From positions 1,612,001-1,676,000 of the forward strand of contig NW_026781961.1 in the NCBI RefSeq assembly GCF_031769215.1: a stretch of DNA of 64,000 nucleotides, written 5' to 3'. The stretch is from Ylistrum balloti. Taxonomy: Eukaryota. Under the pieces are notes generated by a model. That model saw only the letters and a list, made by a program, of their open reading frames with translations, was not told where the DNA came from and did no database searches. Within the stretch, counting starts at the first letter, position 1, and each line of letters opens with the position of its first letter. A program made the position numbers and the translations under genes. Below are positions 11,981 through 23,690 of the stretch, one piece after another.

Positions 11981-12094
11981 TGCCTTTTGCTGTATGTCTT
12001 TCTATCCATATGTCTACAGCACTCATCAGTAATGAGTATGTAAAATAAAAAGAGTTTGTTTGAAATGCTGATCAACATTTGTTTTCTTTTGTAG

Positions 12095-12273
12095 GTAACA
12101 TCCTACTGCACATATTTAGAGAAGAAGTACGCGAAAAGTATGACCTTGAAACTCTCTGGGCTGTGGGGCCTAAGTTTGACAGTAAATGTGAAGAAATCAG
12201 TAACACATATATACTAGAAGACACTGATATGAACTGGCTACAAGAATTTTACAAGGAGAAAGAAGAAGATTAA
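12095..12273 (+). CDS. MALSU1: MALSU1 last coding exon: GNILLHIFREEVREKYDLETLWAVGPKFDSKCEEISNTYILEDTDMNWLQEFYKEKEED*
   Basis: ttttgtag acceptor, phase 1. Has the RsfS H-x-F...R-x-x-Y-x-LE-x-LW motif. Stop TAA at 12271-12273. Total CDS 1218 nt = 405 aa. Confidence 0.93.
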
Positions 12274-13010
12274 GGAGAAGCTTTATATGGGTCCAGAAGT
12301 ACAATTAGGCAGTCTGCAAGTCGTTTTAAAAACATTATTTTCGATCAAACTGGGACTTAATTTTCACCTATGTTTTCGATTACATCTGATTACCATTGTT
12401 TGATAAACAATAACATTATTAGTCAGTGTTTTTGCTTTTTGTTACTAGTCATCAAAGCTTTCAAAGTCAAAGTAAAAAATGGTCACTGGCAGCCATCTTG
12501 AATCAGTGTTAACAATCCTAAAATGACAAAATCCAAAATGGCAGCTGATATCCATGTTGAAGAAGGCAAGTCCATACTGAAATTATTAATGATTTCTTAT
12601 TATAAACAGCAGTTTTGGAGAAATAACAACAAGAACTATTTTATTGAGTAAAAGCACATCAGATAAAAAAGACTGAAATGTAGAGGCAAATTAACTATTT
12701 AACTGAAATATTCTCTTTAACAGCTAATCATTGAAAGCACAAGTTGCAGTCAAAGGTATCATGTACGGACTACTGTATACAACAAAGGTGATCATTATTG
12801 CAAACCACGTATTTGTTCTTCATTCAACATCATGACATTTGACATTTATTTATTAATAAATCATTTATTAAAGACATTAATCACATGGTCAGTTCAAAAT
12901 TTTGAATAACAAACTGGTCTTGAATTTGTGCTGTGGGTTTTGTTGACCCTTTGAAATGTAATGTTTTAGTTATAGTACGGTTACAAATCACTAATGCCGC
13001 ATGCCGGCGT

Positions 13011-13310
13011 TGTAACTGCCAGTTCTCGCTCAAATTCGGCCGATAACAGCTCCGAAAACAATCTAGATTCTAGGGCGGGCGGTGGCGGTTAGAACGGTGG
13101 TAGGTAAAATCTGAGGAGTGCCGGTCGACACCTTGATGACGTCACACACCCGCGAATTTACGAAACTGCCTGGGCCGCCCGGAACCCGTCAGGCGGCCTT
13201 TTACTGGCAGTTATTTATGACCACTCGCACCGATTTGTAAAAAATCGTCCGGCGGGATGTCTCTTTAAGAATCCGCCGATGTCTAAAATTCGGCAGGCGG
13301 CAGTTTCACA
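13011..13310. mobile_element. GC-rich non-autonomous DNA-transposon-like element
   Basis: Abrupt CpG-rich island with imperfect TIRs tgtaactgcc / ggcagtttcaca and internal aactgcc/ggcagtt repeats. Confidence 0.45.
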
Positions 13311-14489
13311 TTCTGACAGTACTATTACTGATGTAATCAACTACATGTATTAAGCTGTTTTTCTTATTTTCATTATATACAATTTTTATAAAAGACACAA
13401 CTACGCCTTGTTCCTGTCAAAGTGTGATGCAGTAAATAAATAACAACAACATTAAAAATAAGTCAATGACTTCGCTTCAAAACGCTATCCTTCTTTCTGG
13501 CTTGAATGGATTGAAACCAAATATGGTCTGAAACATCATCGTGGAGGTTCATCAGATTTGGTAGACCGACCACCATATGCGAATTTTGCTGTTTGTCGAT
13601 TCATGCATTAGTTGTCAGATGACCGTTAAGGGTCATGACCCTCAGTTGTTTTAGTAATTGATTGCCTCTTTTACAAAATAGTTCCTATTGAACATCACAT
13701 TCTCGCCGGCTAAAAAACGGCTCTTTTCAGTGACTTCGTGGTCTTGGGTTCTTTCAAATTACAGGTTTAGCAATGCTTTTTTCCTGTTTTGAAATCTTCC
13801 AACACAGATGTCAAGGGAAGCTGGTGCTTGGCAAGTCAATTCTATTGAAGTTTGATAGAACTCGAAAACACTTCCTGAAATGCTTGTTAACAATCAGCTG
13901 AAGCTGCATGTTCATTGACGATAATGTCCCTGGAACAATTTTACGGGTTCCAGATTTGATGAAATTTTCAATATTTTAAGTACACATATGTGGCCAAAAA
14001 TATGTCGATATTTCAGAGGAACTGTAAGCTTTTCAAACTGTTTTCCAAAAACTTGAATTTGTTGAAAAAATAGTTTTCAAAGTTGATCTTCCATTTTATA
14101 TTCGAGTTCAAAACGTGCAACAGACTTTAATGAAGAGCATTTGACACCCAATTAAATTATTTATTATAGGGTTTTAAACATGTTTAGGGACAAGATGTGC
14201 ATCCTGGCTCACACAAATGACAAGGATAATAAAATAGGTCATAGTACATGCCATAGTTGACATTGGATTTTTTTAACATACATTCTTAGGAGTGTACTTT
14301 GGTACTACAAATAACACACAATAAAGATTGAATTGGGATGTGGGCAAAATTACATGTACCGTGAAACGGTCCTTTTGATGTAATAGGATCACCAGGCCAG
14401 TAAATCGGGGACGCACTAAAAAATCATACTTCCTGGTAAAATGTAAAAATTTAAAAACTCATCCAATCAGTCTATGTGAAATGCGATAT

Positions 14490-14644
14490 TTATGTCTTGG
14501 AAGGTTGTAAAAATTGATAGAGCTTATCAATATCCATTGCAACGATTAAAACAACTGGAATAGCCAGGATAACTGCTCCCAGTGATCCGATCGCTCGAGT
14601 GGAGGGGCGACTGTCCAAAGCGCATGTCTTCCTCCTGATTGTGG
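14490..14644 (-). CDS. Gene A exon 8 (last): STIRRKTCALDSRPSTRAIGSLGAVILAIPVVLIVAMDIDKLYQFLQPSKT* (juxtamembrane motif + TM + short tail)
   Basis: Strong acceptor ttattttattccag, phase 1, 155 bp. Clear homology to gene B exon 47590..47729. Not in the ORF track. Confidence 0.9.
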
Positions 14645-14849
14645 CTGGAATAAAATAAAATAAAAAAAACGATATTCATGTTGTCGACAATCCTATGAGC
14701 ACATATTTATTTTAATGTATGTATTTCACTGGTATGCTATGGGGGTGTTTTTTTCAAAAGAGATTTAATGGTCGTTGTTTCCTAGGAGGGAACAGGTCGG
14801 ATAAAATGAATTATTGAAAAAAATTTTGTTTGTGCGATATGAAGTTTGA

Positions 14850-15010
14850 CGTGTTTGATGCTCGTTAGTTTGCATGTTGGTTCCATTGTTGTGTACCTTG
14901 TTCTCATTGAGAACGACATTACTTACTAGGATTGTCGTTGATGAAACAGAAGACGCGTACTCCTCCGGAACACGTGGAAAAAACAAGATGTGTTTACGAA
15001 ACACTTTACT
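14850..15010 (+). mobile_element. 3' fragment of a Penelope-like retroelement family (copy in gene A last intron)
   Basis: gatgctcgttagtttgc...tgagaac.acattactt...gatgaaacagaagacgcgtactcctccggaacac is shared with the ~37490, ~41200 and ~47815 copies. Confidence 0.55.
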
Positions 15011-16039
15011 CCAGGTTGAAACAAAATTCCAGAGTAGGCCATTAAAACTGTACACTTATGAAGCAATTTTGTCATACAGTACAATAGTTACCGATTGCTG
15101 GTAAGTCTATTGGTCAAGTTTTTCAAATGTAGGTCAAGGCCACGTGCTTAAAGTTTAGAACTAACAAACGAACGACAGACAGCACTAAAGAATATTACCC
15201 CTATTTTTCAATCTGAGGACATAAAAATACCTAAGTTCACAAAACGTCATTTATTAAGTGACCAAAGGAACAGCTAGAGACGTGATAAGATATAATAACT
15301 TATGGTAACACGTCTTTATCAAATATCCTTATGTAATTTAACCTATAATATGAAGATTGTAACTTAACCATATATGTAAATTTATATACATTTTTTTCTT
15401 AATACCTGGTTTTAAATATGGAAACATGTTTACAAATTCTTCTGAAGCAGCCTTGTTGAAGTGGACACGTTTTCATGATATGTCTGTGTGTGAGTTATTG
15501 TTTAATCTATTTTCAAGTACATGTATAAATTATGTTTGTAGAGGTTACGATTTCTATCAGCACCGTGATTTGCCAAATCGATATTGGAAGAAAAACGATT
15601 TTGGTAACTTTCAAATTTGTTTTCCGTGCCTCATTGAACTACGGGAAATGTCTGCTTAACTTGTGTATATATTTTGTACAATTATTGTCAAGGGACCGTT
15701 CTGTATTAAAAATCCATATATGCTTCTTCTGTAAATGATCATTCATAAATGATATTGAGAATGACCTTGAACGAGTAATGAAAATGATTTTTTAGAAACT
15801 ATTTTCGCAATTTTAAACTTTACAAGTTTGCAACTCATATGTATTTAATTGTTAATGATGATAATGAGAACAAATATGCTTTCTTGGTAATTAAGTACAG
15901 AACAAATCTTAACCTGATTACGAACCATCTTCATCTGTCACAAAGAATGTGAAGATTTTTACCAAAGCGATTCTATGGTCAATGATTGTGAGCATAATGA
16001 CGCTTACAAGATTGTACAAAAGACACACAAGTGAATAAC

Positions 16040-16230
16040 ATCTTTTCCTAATTTAGAGTTGGATACAGTAGAGCCAAACAATGAATTTGACTGCATTATA
16101 CAGCTGTTTTGGCCTTCTAGGAATCGTCAGTGATGCTAGGTGCCTAACAGTTGAAGCCTAGGAGTCGGTTAAAGAAAATCCAAAGTGATCCAAAGAAAAG
16201 TCAAAATCTAGACAGGGAGGTGCAGCACTC
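16040..16230 (-). mobile_element. Dispersed repeat with a degenerate minimal type I hammerhead ribozyme motif (family HH-1, copy 1)
   Basis: Reverse strand reads gcatca-CTGACGA-ttcc-tagaa-ggcc-AAAA-cagctg-TA-taatgc (16093-16136). Flanks are homologous to 59720..59885 and 63540..63660. Confidence 0.65.
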
Positions 16231-16641
16231 TCATAATGAAATAAGTTCCGTAATTTTCATACGTCAGATAATTTTAGAATAACGTCATATACATGTGTAT
16301 TTTCTGAACAGTGCCAATATTCGAACGAATTTAAACGTGGCGAGCAAGTTACAGCAAAAATAGGAGACCACCAGCAGTGTCTGCCACCTGCTATCTTAAA
16401 GAATGTACAAAGCCACACAAACTAATATAGCACCTTTTCATAACTCGGAGTGAGATACAGTAGAGCCAAACAATATTTACGCTTTTAACGTTGAAGGACT
16501 GAAGAAAATTATTTCCCGTGTTGAAATATCAATGAATAGTTTAAACAATCTGGTCATAATGTTAATTGTTTTTGTATACATCTGCAAATGAACATTCACT
16601 ATATTATATAGAAGATTATATACATGAGCACATATACTTAC

Positions 16642-16770
16642 ATGAAAGTGTCATTTTGTTTAACAATAGTTCTGCTCTCAGCTGTCTGATGATGGCCTCT
16701 AATTGAGTGTTGGTCATATTGGTAATCGGATGCCATGTATTACAGCGACAGCAACGGGATACGACTTGAG
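16642..16770 (-). CDS. Gene A exon 7: QVVSRCCRCNTWHPITNMTNTQLEAIIRQLRAELLLNKMTLS
   Basis: cag acceptor and T|gtaagt donor; 129 bp, phase 1-1. Same length as, and homologous to, gene B 45613..45741. Confidence 0.9.
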
Positions 16771-17308
16771 CTGTCAAGTAAAAAAGTGAAAACTGCTCAG
16801 CAAGCAAATAACGTCATTCCAACATTTCATTCGCAAAGTTAGAATTTAAGTATAATGAACACAATTAACATCATTCTAAGGCTGTTGTTCTTTTTCAATA
16901 AATCAAAGTTTATATTCCAATTTTTCAAAAATCTGTGTATCTCATATCATTTAAATGCAATATGGCTCCATTATTTTGTGGTAGCTAATGGTGAAGTTTA
17001 TCATTATTCCATGTAATGTAACACACATCTATGTTAAAAGTAGGTTGTTTTATTTTCTCTACGTTTCATTTTTATTAGAAATGAAGACGTTACTCGTTAA
17101 TAAAAGCTATAAATACAAAAATCAAGAAAGGATACAATAGAGAACATGTACTTGTTACGAATGTATTGTAGTGACAAGGGTGACAACTCCGAAAACTGAA
17201 CATTGGTAAATATTTGACCAATTTCTTTCATCACTCATTGGAATGATAATGACATTTTCGAAAACGTACTGAATGTGTTCCAGATATCTGCGGCCCCTAA
17301 AATATATA

Positions 17309-18230
17309 CAGTTGATACTCGTTGTCTCGAAATCGCTTAAGTCTAAATTCCGTTTGAGTCGAAACAATTTTTAATTCCCGATTTTTCCCCTTCTATCCTT
17401 TCCTTCTTTGTAATTTGAGTTCGGATGAGTCGAAGCGATTTTTCAGTCCCTTTAATTGGAAAGCAAGGGAAATGTCATTCGTTGTCTCTAAATTAACTTT
17501 TGTTAAAACAACGGCATGTCTTCTGACAAAATCGGCCAATACATATACACAAAGTAGAAAGTCACCTGTGCGAAACACTTGTCTAATTACGGCGTATCGG
17601 TGATCCGTCGTACGCACAACATTTGGTCTCTTGCGATTAATTACCAGTTAGATTATCCAATTATAGTCTGGCTTCTAAATTAGTGTCACTGTCCTGTAGC
17701 TTACCTGTACGTTAAAATAGTAGCTCATTTACACGAAACATGAAAACATTTTGCTTGCCAGTGAAGTGTTGGCAGTATTTTTCATTGATAGAGTCTATGT
17801 CTGTGCGTGATTTGTTAAGTCTAGCGCTTGTACAATGGTACAATGAAAACTTTCTAGCGCCGTGTTTTTCATATGCTTATATATTCGTAATAACGTCATA
17901 ATGATATGATCTGTAGCTTTATACATTGTTTCTTGTAGTGTATCAATAGCAAATTTTAATTTCGTTTTATTGTCATTCCGTAATATATGATGAATATGTG
18001 TTTCAGTGTTCAGTAAGGGTTTTGTACACGTGTGCCATTTCCTGCCATTTCAAAAATCAGATTAAACTACACTGCTTGCGTGCTATCGTAGCCTTACCTC
18101 TCTCCGCTGTAATCAACGTAAGGAAACGGATATCGTCAACCTTATTTATACACTTTGTTTGAGTCGAAATTCGGATAAGTCGAAATATTTTTCACCCTCC
18201 GTTGAGTTTCGAGATAACGAGTTTTGACTG
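17309..18230. mobile_element. Tc1/mariner (pogo/Tigger-like) MITE, ~920 bp
   Basis: TIRs cagttgatactcgttgtctcgaa / ttcgagataacgagttttgactg flanked by TA on both sides (17307-8, 18231-2); no coding capacity. Confidence 0.8.
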
Positions 18231-18606
18231 TATATTAAAAACACACATACACAATAAAAAGATGTGTAGTTTTCCTTTCTCTCGAATTCAAACTTTTGTG
18301 TCAGGTCCTGGTGCAATGGAGTTAAAAAAGAATTAACTAAATTGCATCATGTATAGGTTCTTCTGAGGTTTGTAAATAATGTATGGCCATAAAGAGGTAA
18401 AACCGTGGAGTAATCTACTGATGCTCTGTCGTTTTCTTGTGAAAACGAATTTCTGATTAGTGAAGTTAAAATATATTTCAGTTAGATGTAAAATAATACC
18501 AGAACCGGCTCTTGTCAAAATATATTTTTAACGGGTAAATATTTGGGAATCTGAATATAAATGCTTGGCGACTTACGTCAGCGATGAGATGAGATGATAA
18601 ACTTAC

Positions 18607-19074
18607 TATAGTTGTTTTCCGTCGTTGTTGCATGGATTTCAGTTACTGGAGGTGTCTCAGCAACAGCAGTGGTAGTGCTAGTGGTCATAACGGTAGAAGA
18701 GGTGATAGTGGTGCTGCTCACGGTTGTAGCAGTAGTGACAGCGCCATCTGTGGGAGCAGTAGGGATGGTGGTAGTGACAGCGCCATCTGTGGGAGTAGTA
18801 CGGATGGTGGTAGTGACAGCGCCATCTGTGGGAGCAGTAGGGATGGTGGTAGTGAGAGCGCCATCTGTGGTAGCAGTAGGGATGGTGGTAGTGACAGCGC
18901 CATCGGTGGGAGTAGTAGGGATGGTGGTAGTGACAGTGCCATCTGTGGGAGTAGTAGGGATGGTGGTGGTGACGGCGCCATTTGCCGGAGTTGTGGTGGC
19001 ATCGGGACTGGTTGTGGCGATAACGTTGGTCGTAGTACCCAAGTCGATTGGATCTCCACAATTTAGCATCGTTC
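18607..19074 (-). CDS. Gene A exon 6: Thr-rich mucin-like stalk with 13-aa repeats (PTDGAVTTTIPTA)
   Basis: aag acceptor and A|gtaagt donor; 468 bp, phase 1-1; lies within ORF 18578..19198. Confidence 0.88.
18732..18985. repeat. Coding minisatellite, 39-bp unit, ~6.5 copies
   Basis: Unit gtagtgacagcgccatctgtgggagcagtagggatggtg starts at 18732, 18771, 18810 and so on. Confidence 0.95.
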
Positions 19075-19508
19075 CTTTAAAAAGACATGGTTTGTATTGA
19101 TAGTTATCAAATAATGTTTCAATAAGTGATAACCTACATTTCAAACAAACACCTAACACGGCATATAGAATGTCACAGAGAGGCTGCATTAGTTCCAAAT
19201 GAGTGTAGAACTGATTTTCATAATTTCAACGAAATGTAAGTAAGACATAATTAACAGAAGTTTCTATACCGAAGAAATGAATACAAATTTAAATAAGGAA
19301 TGGACGACTCAAAAAGTTTAAAGGGAAAATATGAAATTGATCTATGACTTTATCAAAAATTCAAGAATACATGAGTTATATTGAGATGAGATGAAATCGG
19401 AGAGAAGCCCAGATTTGAGTGACCTCGAAAGTAGTTCGAAATGAATTTTCAGAAATTCAACTATGTGTCCACCATCAGTAAATAGTTATATACATTCTGA
19501 CTCCTTAC

Positions 19509-19602
19509 CATTACTCTCTAAATTTGAGGTTATGCTACCAGTCTTAAAACTCTTACACAGGAAGGTAAACCACCTACAAGTCTTTATCTGATCGAAGACG
19601 AG
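19509..19602 (-). CDS. Gene A exon 5: LVFDQIKTCRWFTFLCKSFKTGSITSNLESN (end of PLAT-like domain 2)
   Basis: cgtttcag acceptor and G|gtaagg donor; 94 bp, phase 0-1. Homologous to gene B 43555..43649. Confidence 0.85.
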
Positions 19603-21230
19603 CTGAAACGAAAAGTTTACATGTTAGGAACCGAATAATGCAAATCAATATTTTCTTTTTTGAATTAATTTTCCTCTTGTTATGATATAAATTTATGTTA
19701 TCGTTTCTTAGATAGGAAAGGAATACTTGCATATTACGGAAACAATCAAACAAAAAAAATCACAAACTATTATAAGGCTAGTATCAGAGCCGTGCATATA
19801 CATTGGTCGAAATATCCTTGTCATGTATATAAATATATATATATATATAAACACAAACACAGAGCTGATTGAAATTATTCTATGTGCAAGTCCACCTAGG
19901 TGAATTACAAGCCGCAATGAATAGGTCTACTCAAGATTGATATTCCCTGTGTTCACCTCAGAAATAAATGGTTGTTATTTGACAAGAATTTATGTAGTTT
20001 ACTGACGAACCATCCACGTCTTCCTAGAATTCAATACCTTTTCCACTTGTTATGAACAGAAGATATTTCGTATATCTTTACCGTTTTGAATAACAACGAA
20101 TGAATTATACGCCTTCAAACTATAAAGCTTAGGACAGATGACAAAACAAAATTCGCATGTACAAAAATAACGTACAAATCTTCTAATGTACAGCGGTAAT
20201 TACTCATAAATGTACACAGAATTATGAGATATCACCCGATCTACAGTCGAACTTCGTTAATTCGACCTCGCAAAGCTTGAATATCACATTTAACTGGAAG
20301 CACTTTGTCAGTTGCGGTAAAATCATCTCTTTACCTTTGTAGTAATGGAAAACACAAATTCAGAAAGCTCGAAAAACTATAACAACTTGGTCACAGAAAA
20401 GTGAAATTTATTTTATTTGGATTGCGGGTGTCGTCGATAAAGAAGTTGAAGTTTACTCTTCCGGATAACATGGTACTATTATCCTTATATGTTTTAATTC
20501 TGTCTTTTGTTCAAAGTTTGTCTATTTTCATCGATTTTGAGTAACAAAGAACTTTACCATTGGCTGTAAATGAAGCTTCTTCAACGGCTAAAAAACTTTT
20601 GAAATTTTGACATCAAAGTAAGTTTACATCTAACTTTTCGCGAACACATTGTATCATATAATCGCAGTTAATTAAATACCGTGAATCACTTTTGATCGAT
20701 ATAATGATATATTTTAATGGTAAGGGCATCTGTGGTATGTTTTAGTTTATTGTCAGTCTCTATTCAGGATACAGTATTCAATATTCACATGATGTGATCT
20801 TTATGCTTTTATTTTATAATGGAGATTTGTATTTTTTTTTTTTTTTTCAATTTTCTTTCTTTCTCTCTTTTTATTCATATTCATTTATTTGTGTTAAATG
20901 TTTATGTTTCAAGTCTTTGTATAGGAAAAAAGAATGTTTTCTGTGTCATGTATCTTGAATTTTGTAGAAGTAAAACACAAGAGGAAGAAAGTTAGTTTAA
21001 ATTTGCTTGCATTTTTTGTTGGGAAACTATTCTGTATTATACTGTATTTCCGTGGCAAACAGATCCTTAACGTAAGGTATTCTTTGAGCAAAGTAAACAA
21101 ACCTGATGCAATATCCTAACCATGTTAGTGAAAATGGATAAGGGTACAAAAACATTTTATCAATATAAAAAAGATAGCAGCTTGTTAAATTATGGTATGC
21201 TTTATTTACACAAACTTTAATCAGATTTAC

Positions 21231-21457
21231 CTTTTCACAGTCCCATAAATCATTACTCAGGGTCTGAAGACTGCATGTGATGGGGTCTTTGATAGGTATT
21301 GTCAAATTTAATGTGACGATGCTATTTAAAGCGAAATGCGTTTTGAACTGTGCTGTTTGACTGACACCCGTACTTTCCCACAAAGTAAGGATACAGCGAA
21401 GGTCAGCTTTTCCATGAAGCCCATTTCCAGTTGTAAAGTGAACTGCCCACATATCCT
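21231..21457 (-). CDS. Gene A exon 4: PLAT/LH2-like domain 2 (DMWAVHFTTGNGLHGKADLRCILTLWESTG...DLWDCEK)
   Basis: gtttcag acceptor and AAG|gtaaat donor; 227 bp, phase 1-0. The W-x-V-x-x-x-TG ... W pattern is PLAT-like. Homologous to gene B 40822..41051. Confidence 0.85.
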
Positions 21458-22382
21458 CTGAAACACAACCAATACTATACAGGTTATTTATTTCAATAGT
21501 TAATTTTGTTGGTTTTACCAAAGCCATGAATGAAAATAGGATGTTTTGTTCACGCAACTGATTTTCGTTGAAATTATTGTTGGATATGGTATTTATCTAC
21601 TTTCCGCGAATTTATTTCTTCGCCTATTAAATACGTTATAAAGAATACTGTAAAAAATGTTTTGTCGAGTACGTCTATATTTCGCGGTTGTCTAAATTCG
21701 CATTTGTCAATCAATTTGTATCAATGTAAATTATATGTTCAAACACGAGTGTTAAGCGTCAGCGCTTTCGTTATTGATCTTTTAGACCTAAACTGATATA
21801 TAGCAACAACAACAAAAGAAGATGAAGACAGAATACGCTTTTAACATGACGTGAAATAAATTTGTAAAAAATCTATACATAAATCTTGATATTAAGACAT
21901 TTTTTACACATACATATAGATATATATTTGTATTTTTCTTAAATGTAGTACATGCTTGGTAAATTGTTGTAGTCGAGCGATGCAGTTATGCGTCAAATAG
22001 ATTATGATATTGAAAAAAAACAACTTATCATTCATCTATATTCAGGACCAAAACTCATTTGTTAACATTTAAAAAGATAATTATAGGTATACATTTGGAT
22101 TTTGAGCTAGCAATAGGAACATAGGGTGATGTAAAGATACAATATAAAACTGAATATTGTATCATATAAGGTTACCATGTCTATCAAGCTCAAATCGTGA
22201 ATCCAAGGTCGAAAGAATGAAAAATTCATGACTGGTTCGTTTTGTAGTAATTGTGTCAAAGACAATGATTGGGAATGTCCTAAATGTATCGCGCACTCAC
22301 CGGGATAATGGTTGTAGTCTTTTACTGTAGCCACGAAGAGTGATTTTATTTATTTATGAATGCGATGTATTCGAGAGCATAC

Positions 22383-22473
22383 CTAATGGAAATATCGTTG
22401 TGGTTTGTTGTCCTATGCCCAGCAAACAATTGCAGTCGAATGTAAAGGTATGTGATGCGCTTTCCATTGTAAG
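22383..22473 (-). CDS. Gene A exon 3: LTMESASHTFTFDCNCLLGIGQQTTTIFPL (end of PLAT-like domain 1)
   Basis: ttttacag acceptor and G|gtatgc donor; 91 bp, phase 0-1. Homologous to gene B 39814..39901 (TFTF-x-CNC). Confidence 0.88.
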
Positions 22474-23433
22474 CTGTAAAAGATCAAAGCCAAACAATAC
22501 AGTTAATTCCTTTATATATTTATCTATTTTAGCGATTCCGTCAATTCCATTCAGTCGGCGCGAACTAATGATGCGAAAGAACGGGAAGGTTAGCAGCCAC
22601 AACAGAAAGACACTCTTCAGAAGTCAATACGTCAATAAATATTGAATTGCCACTAAGTCGTTGTTGAAAATACACAAAAGTTGAGTTCGTTTCATTTCCA
22701 TTAGTTTGAATTTGAGAATGACTTAAATTTTTACCCTCCTGTTAATTTCCTTACTCTATGCGAATTTCAGACCACAAGTCCTCCGAGACATTAAAAACTA
22801 ATTAGCATTTATACGAAAGTATATCGTGTTGCTTCTAATAGCTAAATAACCGAACAAATTACACAGACTCAGTCCAATAGTTTTGAAACGACATTACAAG
22901 CTTTTCCGCAATAAATAATGCAGTATTTATCTTATACTCTGTAGGAACTAGTTATAATATTTCAAACGGAACTAACATGTTAATGTTACCTATTAGACGT
23001 GTTTGTCTAATACAATTTGTTTTTTGAATATGATAAGCACTTTTTAAGTTATATCATTTAAATAACCTTATTCATCATAGATGGTGTTGCTTTTGCGATT
23101 GCAGGTTTATCCAGAAAAAATCTCTATTAATAAAAATACAAAGCAAAATTCGTTTAAAGAAGAAAAACTAAGGGAACTGATTACAAAAAAGGAAAGAGAT
23201 AAGAATATTAAGTTTGTTTCCTGTTAACAGAGATGTAATATTTAACAAAACTGAATATTGATCTGGAAACAAATTTGTTCACCATAGATTTATACCACAG
23301 GAAAAAAAAACATTGTTCAAATATTTTAAGACCGATATGCTGAAATTGAAAAATAGTGATGCTTTATACACGATGAAGATTTAATTAAAAATTCCGTTTT
23401 ATGTTTTACTTTGACCGAGTAAGAAACCCATAC

Positions 23434-23690
23434 CTGAAGCAATGTCCAAGCTAATGCCGGCTCAGTTTCATTAGCCCATACATCAATTTGCACTGGCCTG
23501 GTAATGTCAGGGATACCAACATTTATCGCAGCGAGAGACTCTGTATGGAAGTATGTCCCTATTTCCATGGTAACAATGGGTGCAGGGCTGACACTGGTGG
23601 TATCGCGTTCATAAAACGTAACTGACAAGTCGATATTTGTGGAGAAAATGGTACTGCTATTGGTAGTGAGGGTAATGTTCCATTCATCAG
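23434..23690 (-). CDS. Gene A exon 2: PLAT-like domain 1 (DEWNITLTTNSSTIFSTNIDLSVTFYER...AWTLLQ)
   Basis: ttacag acceptor and CAG|gtatgg donor; 257 bp, identical in length to gene B exon 38287..38543 and clearly homologous to it. Confidence 0.88.

Noticed and set aside
15915-16055. Minus-strand hydrophobic frame (IRKRCYSLVCLLYNLVSVIMLTIID...) as gene A's last exon
   Set aside because: No compatible acceptor phase. The true homologous exon is at 14490..14644.
18612-19100. Four extra overlapping ORFs (Val-rich, Gly/Ser-rich, His/Tyr-rich, Leu/Pro-rich)
   Set aside because: Alternative frames and antisense of the stop-free 39-bp coding repeat. Only the Thr-rich frame fits the splice phases.
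20242-20290. tacagtcgaacttcgttaattcga as a pogo-like MITE end
   Set aside because: Only one terminus was found; no matching opposite TIR.
21216-21230. Longer version of gene A exon 4 ending at ...VNLIK|gtttgt
   Set aside because: The upstream AAG|gtaaat donor is stronger and aligns with gene B's WNCTK|gt boundary.
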